Virus record (IMG/VR): IMGVR_UViG_3300037044_000270
Coordinates: 1-33,370 of that record
Reading direction: 5' to 3' (one strand)
DNA from: a virus
Lineage: Duplodnaviria > Caudoviricetes
DNA length: 33,370 nucleotides
Positions 23,722 through 33,370 of this stretch are shown here, in pieces (within the stretch, counting starts at the first letter, position 1; each line of letters opens with the position of its first letter). Below the pieces are notes generated by a model, which saw only the letters and a program-made list of their open reading frames with translations, did not search any database and had not been told where the DNA came from. Made by a program: the position numbers and the translations under genes.

Positions 23722-25818
23722 ATGATCGGTGATATCGTTGCAAATCTCGGACTCAATGCCACCGGCTTTATCGGTGGCTTGAGAACCGCCATCAGCTGGG
23801 CCAAATCCTTTGGTGCAGGGATCCAGAAATATGGCACGAATGCTGTCGGTGGGCTGATCACGACTATGTATGCCCTCAGCAAACTCGGCATTACTGTGTT
23901 CGGCACATTGGGCAAAACAAGCATGACCGCATTCAGCATGGTCACCAAAGCCGGTACCCGAGCCTTTTCCGCATTACGCAGCTCCGGAGCATCTTTGGGA
24001 GGGATGCTCAAATCCACCTATATGTCCATCCGCAATATCGGGAATTCCGCACTTGGACTCCCCGGTAAGTTCGCTGGAATGATGGGAGTCACCGGTGGGA
24101 TTGTCGCTCTCGCTGGGGCCCTAGGTGCAGTCTTTGCCGTGGGCACGGCACTCAATGGTGCGCGTGATGATCTTAAAGAGCAACGCACGCTGGTGGCTCA
24201 GATTGCTGCCACAGGTGGCTCATCCCGCATGACTCAAGACAGCGTGAATACGCTGGCTGATGATATGCAGATGAAGACGAATTTTGATGGCGGGGATGTT
24301 GTAACGGCTTCATCATCTCTTATGAAATTCCGGAACGTGCAGGGAGACACTTTTAAGGATGCCATCAAGTTATCAGCAGACCTCGCTGCATCTATGGGAA
24401 CGGACTTAGGCCCGCAAGTGGATTTTCTCGGCAAGGCTCTTAATGACCCCATCAAAGGCATGAAAGCTCTGCGTGGCGTCGGTGTGGTCTTGAGTGATGC
24501 CCAGAAAGATCAAGTCGCACAACTGATCGGAGCTGGTGATATCGCTGGAGCCCAAAAGATTCTACTCGATCAGATCAAGGAGCGGGTGGGAGGGACTGCT
24601 GAAGCCGTCGCTGATCCGATGATCATTCTGGAGCATAAGATCATGCAGGTCAGCGAGTTGTTTGGAAACGTGTTGCTACCGAGCGTGAATATCATCGCCG
24701 CAGCTCTGACCGCTGCCATCGATCCGGTATCCCAGAATACGGAAATGGCTCAGGAGTGGGGAGCCGCTCTCGCTGGGCTGGTGCAACAATATGTGGTGCC
24801 ACTCATTCAATGGCTGGGTGCAGGGCTTGAATATGGAATGCAGTTTCACGGTGTCATCCTGAATTGGGCCGTGGCAGCCGGAACATTTTTGTTGAGTTAC
24901 ATCATGCCGATGGCCCAATGGATTTTGGGGGCAATTGTGGCTGCGATGGAATTCGGGGACACCCTCGGATTTGCTGTCCGGAACGGAGCTGCTCTGGCCC
25001 AGGTGGGACTGATCGAGGTTGCCAAATATTTGATCAGTCTCATTCCTTACGGAAATGAAATCGCGACCGCATTGGTCTCGGCATTGGTGTCAGCCTGGGC
25101 AGCAATAAAAGCGGGAGCAATGTCAATGTTTGAATGGGTGAAAGGAGGATTTCAGGAACTGCTTCAGCTCGGACAAGCTCTTTTGTCTGGCATCAAGGGA
25201 ATGTGGGATGCCATTTGGAACGGAGACAATCCCGTCGAAGCGGCTCGCAAAGGATTCGATAAATTTGCGGATACACTCGCCAAGCAGCCAGACATCAAAG
25301 TGGGGATTGATCCCTATACGGCAATGAAGGATTCGTACACGCAAACGAAATCCGCATTAGATGCTCAATTCAATCAGGATGATGGAGTGCTGGGAACTCT
25401 GCAGAAAAAGCAGGACGCCTTACTTGATGGAATCGGCAAAAAGGAAGTCGAATACGAAGCGACCCTCAAGTTGCCCACATTGAATGCTCCCGAGCTGCAG
25501 GGAATCGATCCGTTGCAGATGAAACCGATCAAGGCCCCGTTGATACCGGATTCAACATACAACGCGGCGGACAGTCTCAAAAAGCAGGAAAAAGATTCTG
25601 AGAAAGAAACTGCCAATAAAGCCCTGCTGCTGAACTCTAGCGAAGGTGCGAATCAGGTACTCCGGGCATTATCTGGAGCTGGAGAAAAGCAGACTGAGAA
25701 ACAAACCGGACTTTTGGAAGAGATTAAGGAATCTACCCAGCAGTCGGCGGAAACCAATAAAGCTCTCCTGGATAAACTGGAAGATGGTGACCTGGTCTTT
25801 GCTGAGATGGAGGATTGA
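23722..25818 (+). CDS. Tape measure protein
   Basis: IGDI.ANLGLNA..F start, LGKALNDPIKG..ALR.VGV, Ala/Gly-rich with periodic aromatic residues; 698 aa. Confidence 0.93.
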   Translation: MIGDIVANLGLNATGFIGGLRTAISWAKSFGAGIQKYGTNAVGGLITTMYALSKLGITVFGTLGKTSMTAFSMVTKAGTRAFSALRSSGASLGGMLKSTYMSIRNIGNSALGLPGKFAGMMGVTGGIVALAGALGAVFAVGTALNGARDDLKEQRTLVAQIAATGGSSRMTQDSVNTLADDMQMKTNFDGGDVVTASSSLMKFRNVQGDTFKDAIKLSADLAASMGTDLGPQVDFLGKALNDPIKGMKALRGVGVVLSDAQKDQVAQLIGAGDIAGAQKILLDQIKERVGGTAEAVADPMIILEHKIMQVSELFGNVLLPSVNIIAAALTAAIDPVSQNTEMAQEWGAALAGLVQQYVVPLIQWLGAGLEYGMQFHGVILNWAVAAGTFLLSYIMPMAQWILGAIVAAMEFGDTLGFAVRNGAALAQVGLIEVAKYLISLIPYGNEIATALVSALVSAWAAIKAGAMSMFEWVKGGFQELLQLGQALLSGIKGMWDAIWNGDNPVEAARKGFDKFADTLAKQPDIKVGIDPYTAMKDSYTQTKSALDAQFNQDDGVLGTLQKKQDALLDGIGKKEVEYEATLKLPTLNAPELQGIDPLQMKPIKAPLIPDSTYNAADSLKKQEKDSEKETANKALLLNSSEGANQVLRALSGAGEKQTEKQTGLLEEIKESTQQSAETNKALLDKLEDGDLVFAEMED

Positions 25819-25821
25819 TCA

Positions 25822-26745
25822 GTGGGGATACTCGATATCAAGCAGACCGGCCGCAGCGGGCAGTTTACCTCTTCCGGTGACACGTTTTCAGCAACCTTTC
25901 GGGCAATCACAAAAGAACGCAATCTGTCCGAAACTCAGATCAAGACTGACAGGTTATGTCCAAAGTATTATTCCACGCTCACAGGATATGGATACCCGAA
26001 TAATGCATTCGTGACAGATGTGAAAGCAGACATCAACCCGCGTGCGCCCACACGCTGGATAATAGCCTGCACGTTGTCCACGAACCTCGATGAATTGGTC
26101 GATCCCAACCCGCTGCGACGAGCTGCGGTGGTCACCTATGACTCCTCACCGCGGGATGTGCCTTGTCTCGTTGATTCCGATGGGGAACCAATCCTCAATT
26201 ATGCCGGTGATCTGTTTGAGGATCTGACGACAGAAGTAACCAACATCGTCATCAAAAGCACGAAGTATATCGGCCCGGGAGCTCCTATCTGGCTGCTGAA
26301 ATACTGTGCCGGCATTAACGCATCAGCCGTGGCAATCGAAGGTGAAACTTATCCCAAGGAAACTCTCAAAGTCTCATCAGTCAGCATCGGACCGCGAACA
26401 TCGATCAACGGGGTGCAGTGTCGAGAAGCCAGCTTATCCCTCGAATATCAGGATGATGGCTGGGATCTGCAGATTGCGAACAAAGGGTTTTACGAAATCA
26501 TCATGCAACGAACCCCTAAAAAGAATGGTGGTTACATCTACAAGGAAGTACGGACCCAGATCTGCGATCACAGTGGAAAAGCTGTGACATCCCCTCAATG
26601 GCTCAATCGCAACGGTCAAGCGTGGAGAGAGGATATGAAGGATCCGAAGTCACCACTCAAAAAGAAATTGAACCGTTCTGAAATCTTCATTATCCGCGCC
26701 AAAAACCGTCCGCGACTGGACTTTAACATACTCCCCTTAAGATGA
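25822..26745 (+). CDS. Putative tail tip/distal tail protein
   Basis: Position after the tape measure; beta-rich 307 aa. Confidence 0.65.
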   Translation: MGILDIKQTGRSGQFTSSGDTFSATFRAITKERNLSETQIKTDRLCPKYYSTLTGYGYPNNAFVTDVKADINPRAPTRWIIACTLSTNLDELVDPNPLRRAAVVTYDSSPRDVPCLVDSDGEPILNYAGDLFEDLTTEVTNIVIKSTKYIGPGAPIWLLKYCAGINASAVAIEGETYPKETLKVSSVSIGPRTSINGVQCREASLSLEYQDDGWDLQIANKGFYEIIMQRTPKKNGGYIYKEVRTQICDHSGKAVTSPQWLNRNGQAWREDMKDPKSPLKKKLNRSEIFIIRAKNRPRLDFNILPLR

Positions 26746-26948
26746 CCAAAATGACCAAACAAGAATTAATAGATGCCATTCTGGAGAACCGAGATGCAGC
26801 AAATGGCGTGGCTGGATTTACGTACCAAGATGCTCAGCATGCATTGGGCATGATCTGGGATGGTGACTATCCACCTGTTGAGCTGCTCAAGGAAATCCGT
26901 GATGAACATTATCAAGAACTCCTTGCCGTCTTGAATGGAGGTGCATGA
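26742..26948 (+). CDS. Hypothetical protein
   Basis: ATGA overlaps at both ends. Confidence 0.7.
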   Translation: MTKMTKQELIDAILENRDAANGVAGFTYQDAQHALGMIWDGDYPPVELLKEIRDEHYQELLAVLNGGA

Positions 26949-27850
26949 TGGGATTTCGATCCAATCAGGGGGGCGGAAGTGGTCTAACTCAATACGCCGC
27001 CACTGGCACGATGGCAGCAGGTGCAAGTATTACAATTGAGCATCCAGCGGATGCAGATGATAAACGTATTCCATTCTTTGATCAGATGATTTCGATTGAT
27101 GGTGCTTATGTCGTTGCGAACATGGAAGGTGCGAACGACAGCAGCACATTCGTTGATAGTTCAACAGCATCCACCACGATTACGAAAAATGGAAGCAGTG
27201 TCGTCAAAACAGCTCAGCATAAATATGGTAGTTCATCCGGTTTGTTCTCTGGTACCACGGATTCGATACAAGTTCCTGCGGTTTCCATAGCCGGTGATTT
27301 CACTTTAGGTTGTTGGGTACGCTGGCCGAGCATCGTGGCCAACTATAATGCAATGTTCCGTCAAGCGTCGGGTGTTTTCTTGTGTACCCTCTCCAATGGC
27401 CACGGCCTTCGCTGGGGATTAACCAACGTCGCAGAATATGGCACCGCCAGTTTCACTTACAGCACGGACACCTGGTATCAGATCATGCTCACGCGAGCAT
27501 CTAATCAGGTTCGCTTGTTTATCAATGGTGTGCAGCAGGGATCATCTGTATCAAACAGTAATACGTACACTGGCCTGATTGAAATTGGCGGGGGAGGAAG
27601 CATTCCGCTGAATGGATATATGGACAATTCATTTATCCTTGTAGGCAAAGCTCTCAAGACGGCGAACTTTACTCCTGAAGAATACATTGATCCAGGAATC
27701 GTACCTGTCTCACTAAGCATCGGAAATAACGCATCGGCTGAAATCAAAGCTGTCAAAGCAGATGCCAACAATCTGAACCGTACCACCAAGACAACTTTTT
27801 ACAATAAGACTGGGTTGTCTCTCAACTATAAATGTGGGGTGTTGTTGTGA
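26945..27850 (+). CDS. LamG/concanavalin A-like domain tail protein
   Basis: MEGANDSSTFVDSS, KYGSSS..F.G, DFTL.CWV, WYQI.LTR....RLFING, LNGYMD, ANFTP. Confidence 0.88.
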   Translation: MMGFRSNQGGGSGLTQYAATGTMAAGASITIEHPADADDKRIPFFDQMISIDGAYVVANMEGANDSSTFVDSSTASTTITKNGSSVVKTAQHKYGSSSGLFSGTTDSIQVPAVSIAGDFTLGCWVRWPSIVANYNAMFRQASGVFLCTLSNGHGLRWGLTNVAEYGTASFTYSTDTWYQIMLTRASNQVRLFINGVQQGSSVSNSNTYTGLIEIGGGGSIPLNGYMDNSFILVGKALKTANFTPEEYIDPGIVPVSLSIGNNASAEIKAVKADANNLNRTTKTTFYNKTGLSLNYKCGVLL

Positions 27851-30800
27851 GTGAAGACTATGAAGTCAATTCCGTGATCGAAATCATGGTTGAGAACATC
27901 AATGGAAACACGATTGAGGCAGTGGATGATCTTGCCGATCCACCCATCCGTATCTATCGCACCGATGATACTATCGGAACAACCACCGGTGTGACCTATG
28001 ACGTTGGCTACTATCCGACAGGTCAGGACCGATTGCGGATTGATCTGGCTGCGGATGAAGATTATTTCATCCCCGGTCACAACTATTTCCCCGTTTACAT
28101 TGAGGGAACTTTTGCTGGTGATGACATTTCAGGCCGAGTGATCACCGAAGGTGTCTTTTCTATTCGCAACCGTTCCGGTGTGGCAGGTGTTCCCGGCGGA
28201 ACTCCGGGTGATTATGCAGGAATCCCTATGAGCAATATCTGGCAAGGTGGTGGTGTCGCCGTGGCGATGATGCTACAGGCGACGATTCCGGAGGACGTCA
28301 CGGATTTAGTCGCTGTGATCAATAACAAGCGGCTTAGTCTGGGATCTGACATCATTCAATATCCGACAATCTGGGCGGATGCGATCTATCCGGAATTCGC
28401 CGATGTCGATTGTACTGTCAGTGGTCGCACAATCACGCTGACAGCTCGCACTGCAGGACAACCGTTTCAGGTGCAATTTTTGGTATACCCGCTTGTGACG
28501 GTAGAAGTAGTGACACCGGGAATCTTGCCGATCGAGCAGACGCAAGTGATCACTTTACCGGATGGCACCACAGGCGGTACGTGGCCGCTCACCGTCACCT
28601 GCAATGGTGTGTCCGAAACTTATACCGGCAATGCTCACAACATCACCGGATCAGCTCTGCAGGCGATCGTCGAAGATCATGCGGAAATCGGTGCGGGCAA
28701 CATCACGATTACTGGACCTGCAGGCGGACCTTATGTCTGCAAGCCGACGGGCGACCTCGCGGGAATCAATATCCCATTGATTGAAGCGAGTGGTGTCGAA
28801 CTGACAGGAATCGCGTATGCGGTCGTGGAGACTATTCAAAACGGCGGCGGTGCGAGTGATGAGATCGGTTTTATCTCCTTGCCTTATTCCGGTGTCGCCT
28901 TGGGGTTCCGTTTACATTATGGCAGCGGATATGCCACAGTGGGGAGCAGCCTCGCGACTCTGCAAGCTGACCTGGAAGCGATACCAGAAATCGGCGTCGG
29001 AGGCATTGAAGTGTGGGGTGGCTGGAACCGCATCACAAGTAATTTGGGATATCCATATGCGGAGAATAAAACATTTTTCATTTTGTACCGCTTCAAAGGC
29101 CCAAACGCGGGCCGGAATATGCAACCGCTCTTGATGTCGTATCAATATATTCCACCAGGCAGCCCGATCCGATGGACTCCAACAACAGCTGTGTACACAA
29201 CGATTCTCATGCAGGGGGGAGACACTCCCAAGACGACAATACTGGTTGACGTCCGCAAGACTAATTCCGGAGCGGCAAATTGGAAGTTGACCGTCGAGGG
29301 GCAACAAACTGCAGACCTATCAACAACTGTCACGACCTCCAGCCTGCAAACGGCGGTTGTGGGATTATCGACCGTTGATGCCTGTAGTGTCTATTCGAGC
29401 TATACAGCTGGCAGCGGCAATGGTGCCCAGGGGTTTTATGTGATCGTCTTCGACGGCTCACACGCTGGCACCACTGTCGGACCGAACTCCGTTTCGATTA
29501 CATCAGGGACACTTGTATCAGACACCAACTATTATCTGATCACCGACGCTGAAACCAGAGACGAAATCCAGTCACTGGTCCTGTTCGCCGGTGGCGGTGA
29601 ATACACGCTCAAGAGTGGAGCAGATACGACAACTTCGATTACCTATGGAGATTCGGCCGCCTCGATCCAAACAAAGGTGACAGGCCTGGCCTCGGTGGGA
29701 TCGGGCAACTGTCGCGTTGAAGGATCGGCAACTCCAGCCGACCCGATGTTGTTTTATTATCAATCGGGCAAAGCGGCGACCGACATGCCTCTGATTGAGG
29801 TCGATGCGAGCGATCTTACGGGCGGTGCCGAGATCCTTGTCAGCCAGACATCGGGCGTGCCAGGTGTCAGCCAGGTTGAGCGTCTACAGATCAAATCAAA
29901 TGTCAATGGCGGGTCATTCCCACTGCAGTCTGGAGCGGCTTTTACCATAATTGATTGGGATGTAGTTGCATCCGAGCTTCAGTCAGGTGTGCAAGCTATC
30001 CGTGGAATGGGCAATAGTACTGTCACTGGTGGAGCGGGATCATTTACCATCACTGCTGCCGGCTCGCTATCACAGCGGCCGATTACACCGCTACAAATTG
30101 GATTAGATGTGACTTTGACCGCATCATCCTCAATCAATATTGATGTCGTGCAACCATCACGCGGACCGAACAGTGGTCTTGATCCCAACAACTGGAGCTT
30201 GCGAAGACCGCCGACATCGGGTGACGTACTGGTGATGGACACCGCAAGTGAAGGTTGGAAATACGATATCAAACTCCGCAGCACATTTAGCAGATCCGGA
30301 AACCTGCTTACAAATGTCAGTGGTGCGTTTTGGCCGGGTCAACGCGTCAGAGTGCGGTCGACCGGTACCCTGCCGGCGGGTCTCGGAGAGGAGACCGATT
30401 ACTATGTCAGTTTCGTGAATACAATCACAGGCGAAATGCAGCTGACGTCCGATGCAGTTTTGACCACTCCCGTGTCTCTCACCACTGCCGGTACCGGCAC
30501 ACATTTTGTGTCAGTGGTACTGGCTGGTTATAAGGTCTTGGCTCGTTTCTCCGGTGATGTTGGACTTCCCCGCATCAACGAAAATGGAAACTATACTGAG
30601 TACCGTGATCTGTACCTGCAGGTTGATTACTTCGATGATAGTCTGGTCGAAATCGGTCAGGGTGATGGTGGTGGTGTCGGTCTCATGCGTCACGATGCCG
30701 GCAACTCGCTGTTCGTCACGAAAATCTATCGGACTGGTTCACCATTGGAAGCTGACTTGCCACCTGTCTTACTGCTCAACAAAAATTCAGATTCCAAAGT

Positions 30801-30996
30801 GGTATCCATCGGTGGACAAGTTGGAATCGCCTTGTTGCCCGACGAAGAATCCATGATTGGCATCTTGGATATCCGAGGTGGCGATGTCAAAACCGGTGAG
30901 TTGTTCGCATGTCGCACCATCGACAAAACCAGCGGAACTTATACCGCTCTTAACACCTCGATCACCTCCGGTAATGTCACATTGATTGGTGGATGA
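27847..30996 (+). CDS. Large modular tail/adhesin-like protein with five internal repeats
   Basis: GTGA overlap start; Gly/Thr/Ser-rich; repeated Q.I.L....GG.F.L...LQ..LE....IG.GN..V.G unit. Confidence 0.8.
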   Translation: MSEDYEVNSVIEIMVENINGNTIEAVDDLADPPIRIYRTDDTIGTTTGVTYDVGYYPTGQDRLRIDLAADEDYFIPGHNYFPVYIEGTFAGDDISGRVITEGVFSIRNRSGVAGVPGGTPGDYAGIPMSNIWQGGGVAVAMMLQATIPEDVTDLVAVINNKRLSLGSDIIQYPTIWADAIYPEFADVDCTVSGRTITLTARTAGQPFQVQFLVYPLVTVEVVTPGILPIEQTQVITLPDGTTGGTWPLTVTCNGVSETYTGNAHNITGSALQAIVEDHAEIGAGNITITGPAGGPYVCKPTGDLAGINIPLIEASGVELTGIAYAVVETIQNGGGASDEIGFISLPYSGVALGFRLHYGSGYATVGSSLATLQADLEAIPEIGVGGIEVWGGWNRITSNLGYPYAENKTFFILYRFKGPNAGRNMQPLLMSYQYIPPGSPIRWTPTTAVYTTILMQGGDTPKTTILVDVRKTNSGAANWKLTVEGQQTADLSTTVTTSSLQTAVVGLSTVDACSVYSSYTAGSGNGAQGFYVIVFDGSHAGTTVGPNSVSITSGTLVSDTNYYLITDAETRDEIQSLVLFAGGGEYTLKSGADTTTSITYGDSAASIQTKVTGLASVGSGNCRVEGSATPADPMLFYYQSGKAATDMPLIEVDASDLTGGAEILVSQTSGVPGVSQVERLQIKSNVNGGSFPLQSGAAFTIIDWDVVASELQSGVQAIRGMGNSTVTGGAGSFTITAAGSLSQRPITPLQIGLDVTLTASSSINIDVVQPSRGPNSGLDPNNWSLRRPPTSGDVLVMDTASEGWKYDIKLRSTFSRSGNLLTNVSGAFWPGQRVRVRSTGTLPAGLGEETDYYVSFVNTITGEMQLTSDAVLTTPVSLTTAGTGTHFVSVVLAGYKVLARFSGDVGLPRINENGNYTEYRDLYLQVDYFDDSLVEIGQGDGGGVGLMRHDAGNSLFVTKIYRTGSPLEADLPPVLLLNKNSDSKVVSIGGQVGIALLPDEESMIGILDIRGGDVKTGELFACRTIDKTSGTYTALNTSITSGNVTLIGG

Positions 30997-31907
30997 TGGC
31001 TAAAAAGAAATTCACACTCCCCACCGAAAGGCAGTATTCAAGGATCCGCGAAGCCTCCACAGCCTGGCATCGTGAACCCTATGAATCTGAAGTCGGTACG
31101 CGGAAGAATATACAGCCGGAATTCGGAGGACAGATTGTGGCCTGTCTCATGGAATCGATGGACTTGGTCCGCTCACCGACGGTCACCGCAACTATCCTGC
31201 GAGGATCACAATACCCGGTGATTGATTTGATAGCGGACTGTAAATATGCCCCCGGCCGCACATTCGACATGATGGTTGCTGGGGAAAAGATCACTATCAA
31301 GACGGATTCCACTGGCGAAGAGTTATATGAGCAGATCTCCAAGATTCTTCCGGATGCCCATGTCTATCTCGGATCCGATGAGGGAATGCATCCTTTCCGG
31401 TGGTTGATTGAATTGTCCGACGAATCTCGTGATCCTCAATTACCATCCCCCATCAGTACAGTTACACCGGAAGGATCTATCGATCAGCATACCGTGTTAG
31501 GCTACACAGCGATGACCCGCATGATTGATACCGGTGAGCTGGTGGAGCTGACCCCTTTGTACGCACAGCCCATCTGGCATCCACATCGTTACAATAGCGG
31601 CCACAACGCTCTCTATGCGGGCACAATAGTCACTGCTCAGTTTGTGGACGGGGTGGGTTATATGATTACTGGGATGGAACCAGAGCCACCAGAGCTGGCA
31701 GCTGTAACGATCAATGATGACATGTCGGCTGGCCGACACGATCAAGCAGCATATGGTCTGGCTCGTTTGACTGATCTCAATGATCAGATCATCAAAATTG
31801 CGGTTTATTCGCCAGATTGGGAACTCGATGAAACGACTCATATCAGAGTGCGACGAATCAACGGCGAATGGGTCGTGGTTTATGCCGATTGTGATGCGGG
31901 GGAATGA
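30993..31907 (+). CDS. Putative minor tail protein
   Basis: ATGA-coupled; in the tail module; ends with a W.VV.ADC motif. Confidence 0.7.
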   Translation: MMAKKKFTLPTERQYSRIREASTAWHREPYESEVGTRKNIQPEFGGQIVACLMESMDLVRSPTVTATILRGSQYPVIDLIADCKYAPGRTFDMMVAGEKITIKTDSTGEELYEQISKILPDAHVYLGSDEGMHPFRWLIELSDESRDPQLPSPISTVTPEGSIDQHTVLGYTAMTRMIDTGELVELTPLYAQPIWHPHRYNSGHNALYAGTIVTAQFVDGVGYMITGMEPEPPELAAVTINDDMSAGRHDQAAYGLARLTDLNDQIIKIAVYSPDWELDETTHIRVRRINGEWVVVYADCDAGE

Positions 31908-33370
31908 TCATGTGCAATTGCCGATGTGATGGCCAATGGAGCCGCATCGCGATCATCAAGCAAGATGATTTCATCCTCACAGATAACCCGGAGCTGGTAC
32001 GGTATTTTGGAGGCACCAAGGCCGAGAACTATGAGGACGGTCAGGCAATGCACACATGGCGGATCGAACATCTGATACGATCTGGATCGCGTCATTTTAT
32101 GTACAGGCGATTCAACAATGCGATCATGCCTTATGTGGCATACATTGATGTAGATAACAATCGGATCATCACAACACACAAAGCTAAGCTTACCTGCTTT
32201 TCGATCGAACCGTTTGAAATCCGCTGGCAGCATGAGACACGAGGCGAATCCTTGCAGCAAGGGATTGTGCTCGGCCATCGCGATGACTGTTATGTGTTTC
32301 TTGATGTCGATTTCAACGGCCAGAACGAAACGAACCTGGTCTGTCTGAATAATGACGGCAATGAAAAGTGGCGAGTCAATCCCGCTGAATATTCCATTAT
32401 TCGTGATGGTTTCGGTAACTGGTCTCCAACGGTCAACGTCAAAGCCGGGAACGTGATGATGTCAGCACGATCACCCTACATTGTGCTGCGGACATATGAG
32501 GACGTGGAGCATGGTTATTCAATCCTGTCGGCAGTGACTGGCGAGAAGCTCCGGAACCATCAGGCATTCCCGAAAGCCGATCATCGACCTGAACCGCTGG
32601 AGGCACTAGCGGAGGCGTTCCCCGAAGGTGCTGGTGTCGCCAACTGGTTTGGTCTGTATTACTCCGAGCATCGCGAATATCTTCCCGATGAACTCTGGTG
32701 GTATGACTGGGAATTCTTCGGCATCCATGACACCAAGCTGATCTGCACAGGATGGAAATATGAGCTGCAAGAAGCGACATATGTGAATAGAGTAGATCCC
32801 ACATTCGACCCGGAGCCGGTCTGGTATTACACTGGTACTCAAAGGATCGTTGCGCTGGACGTATTGACCAATGAGGTGGATGAGCTGATCCCTGGCACGA
32901 TTATCGGTAACCCATTTGTGCCGTTTTCTGATTATGATGATGCAGGATATTTCCCAGACTACCCACCGATCATTTATGAACCGACACTGACCTCTGTGGT
33001 GATTGATCAGAGATTTCTGTGCATCGGACCTCTGATCATCGATCTGGATGAACTGGAAGTCCGCAGGATTGTATCAATCGATGAAGATGATGAAGCTGAA
33101 GTGAATGTGATCGGCATACTTCCCGATTATGTAGTCACTGGTGGCGCTGGAAGCACTGCGAAAATCTATGAAGGTGAAACCGAACTCAGTTTGGTGACAG
33201 ACCATCATGTGCCACGAGCATCGTCTGGAAAGGATTACCCGCATGGTATCTATCAGCCGATTGAGTACATTGGTCAGCACGGTGCTGCGATCGTGAGCAG
33301 GACCATCGTCGCATATAATGTACTGAGCAAGAATTTCGAGCCGTACGAACAACCCGAAGCGAACGAGTGA
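31904..33370 (+). CDS. Putative tail/receptor-binding protein, probable beta-propeller
   Basis: N-terminal CNCRC; PQQ-like blades (LVCLNNDGNEKWRV, ILSAVTGEKL, IVALDVLTNEV); acidic and aromatic-rich. Confidence 0.65.
   Translation: MIMCNCRCDGQWSRIAIIKQDDFILTDNPELVRYFGGTKAENYEDGQAMHTWRIEHLIRSGSRHFMYRRFNNAIMPYVAYIDVDNNRIITTHKAKLTCFSIEPFEIRWQHETRGESLQQGIVLGHRDDCYVFLDVDFNGQNETNLVCLNNDGNEKWRVNPAEYSIIRDGFGNWSPTVNVKAGNVMMSARSPYIVLRTYEDVEHGYSILSAVTGEKLRNHQAFPKADHRPEPLEALAEAFPEGAGVANWFGLYYSEHREYLPDELWWYDWEFFGIHDTKLICTGWKYELQEATYVNRVDPTFDPEPVWYYTGTQRIVALDVLTNEVDELIPGTIIGNPFVPFSDYDDAGYFPDYPPIIYEPTLTSVVIDQRFLCIGPLIIDLDELEVRRIVSIDEDDEAEVNVIGILPDYVVTGGAGSTAKIYEGETELSLVTDHHVPRASSGKDYPHGIYQPIEYIGQHGAAIVSRTIVAYNVLSKNFEPYEQPEANE

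Larger units (their letters stand above)
1541..33370 (+). mobile_element. Temperate siphovirus-like prophage (HK97-type head, non-contractile tail); boundaries not visible
   Basis: Colinear recombinase, early genes, HNH, TerS, TerL, portal, protease, capsid, neck, tail tube, chaperones and tape measure. No sheath gene. No att repeats identified. Confidence 0.95.

Noticed and set aside
26945-33370. Diversity-generating retroelement or invertible tail cassette
   Set aside because: No reverse transcriptase or invertase, and no template/variable repeat pair seen by eye.
1-33370. CRISPR array, rRNA, IS element; apparent GATC excess
   Set aside because: No repeat-spacer array, rRNA or transposase seen. 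GATC looks frequent but I cannot quantify it against expectation here.

Overview
The window is most of a temperate HK97-type siphovirus prophage. The gene content suggests a Planctomycetota-type host, but that is an inference. From left to right it contains: a Pro-rich micro-ORF convergent with a 3-TM membrane protein; a hairpin-rich intergenic region; an early operon (tyrosine recombinase, Zn-finger protein, CsrA, a YfdP/YfdQ-like pair, two tRNA-like elements with broken anticodon arms, a possible replication protein); an accessory block (Dam-family methyltransferase convergent with an HTH + tandem-repeat protein); a divergent sigma4-like HTH gene; and the late operon (membrane-anchored protein, papain-thioredoxin fusion, HNH, second methyltransferase, cos-like region, TerS/TerL, portal, protease, capsid, neck, tail tube, frameshifted chaperone, tape measure, tail-tip proteins). 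No CI repressor, att site, or classical holin/endolysin is recognisable in the window, and the tail module runs to the right edge. The most interesting candidates are (1) a phage-encoded CsrA circuit with ANGGA sites visible in the recombinase leader, early RBSs and a capsid terminator loop; (2) a protease + disulfide-reductase module in the lysis-cassette position; (3) anticodon-defective tRNA mimics; (4) an autoregulated HTH/Cys-repeat gene paired with a methyltransferase. All family calls come from motif recognition by eye; no database searches or folding programs were run.
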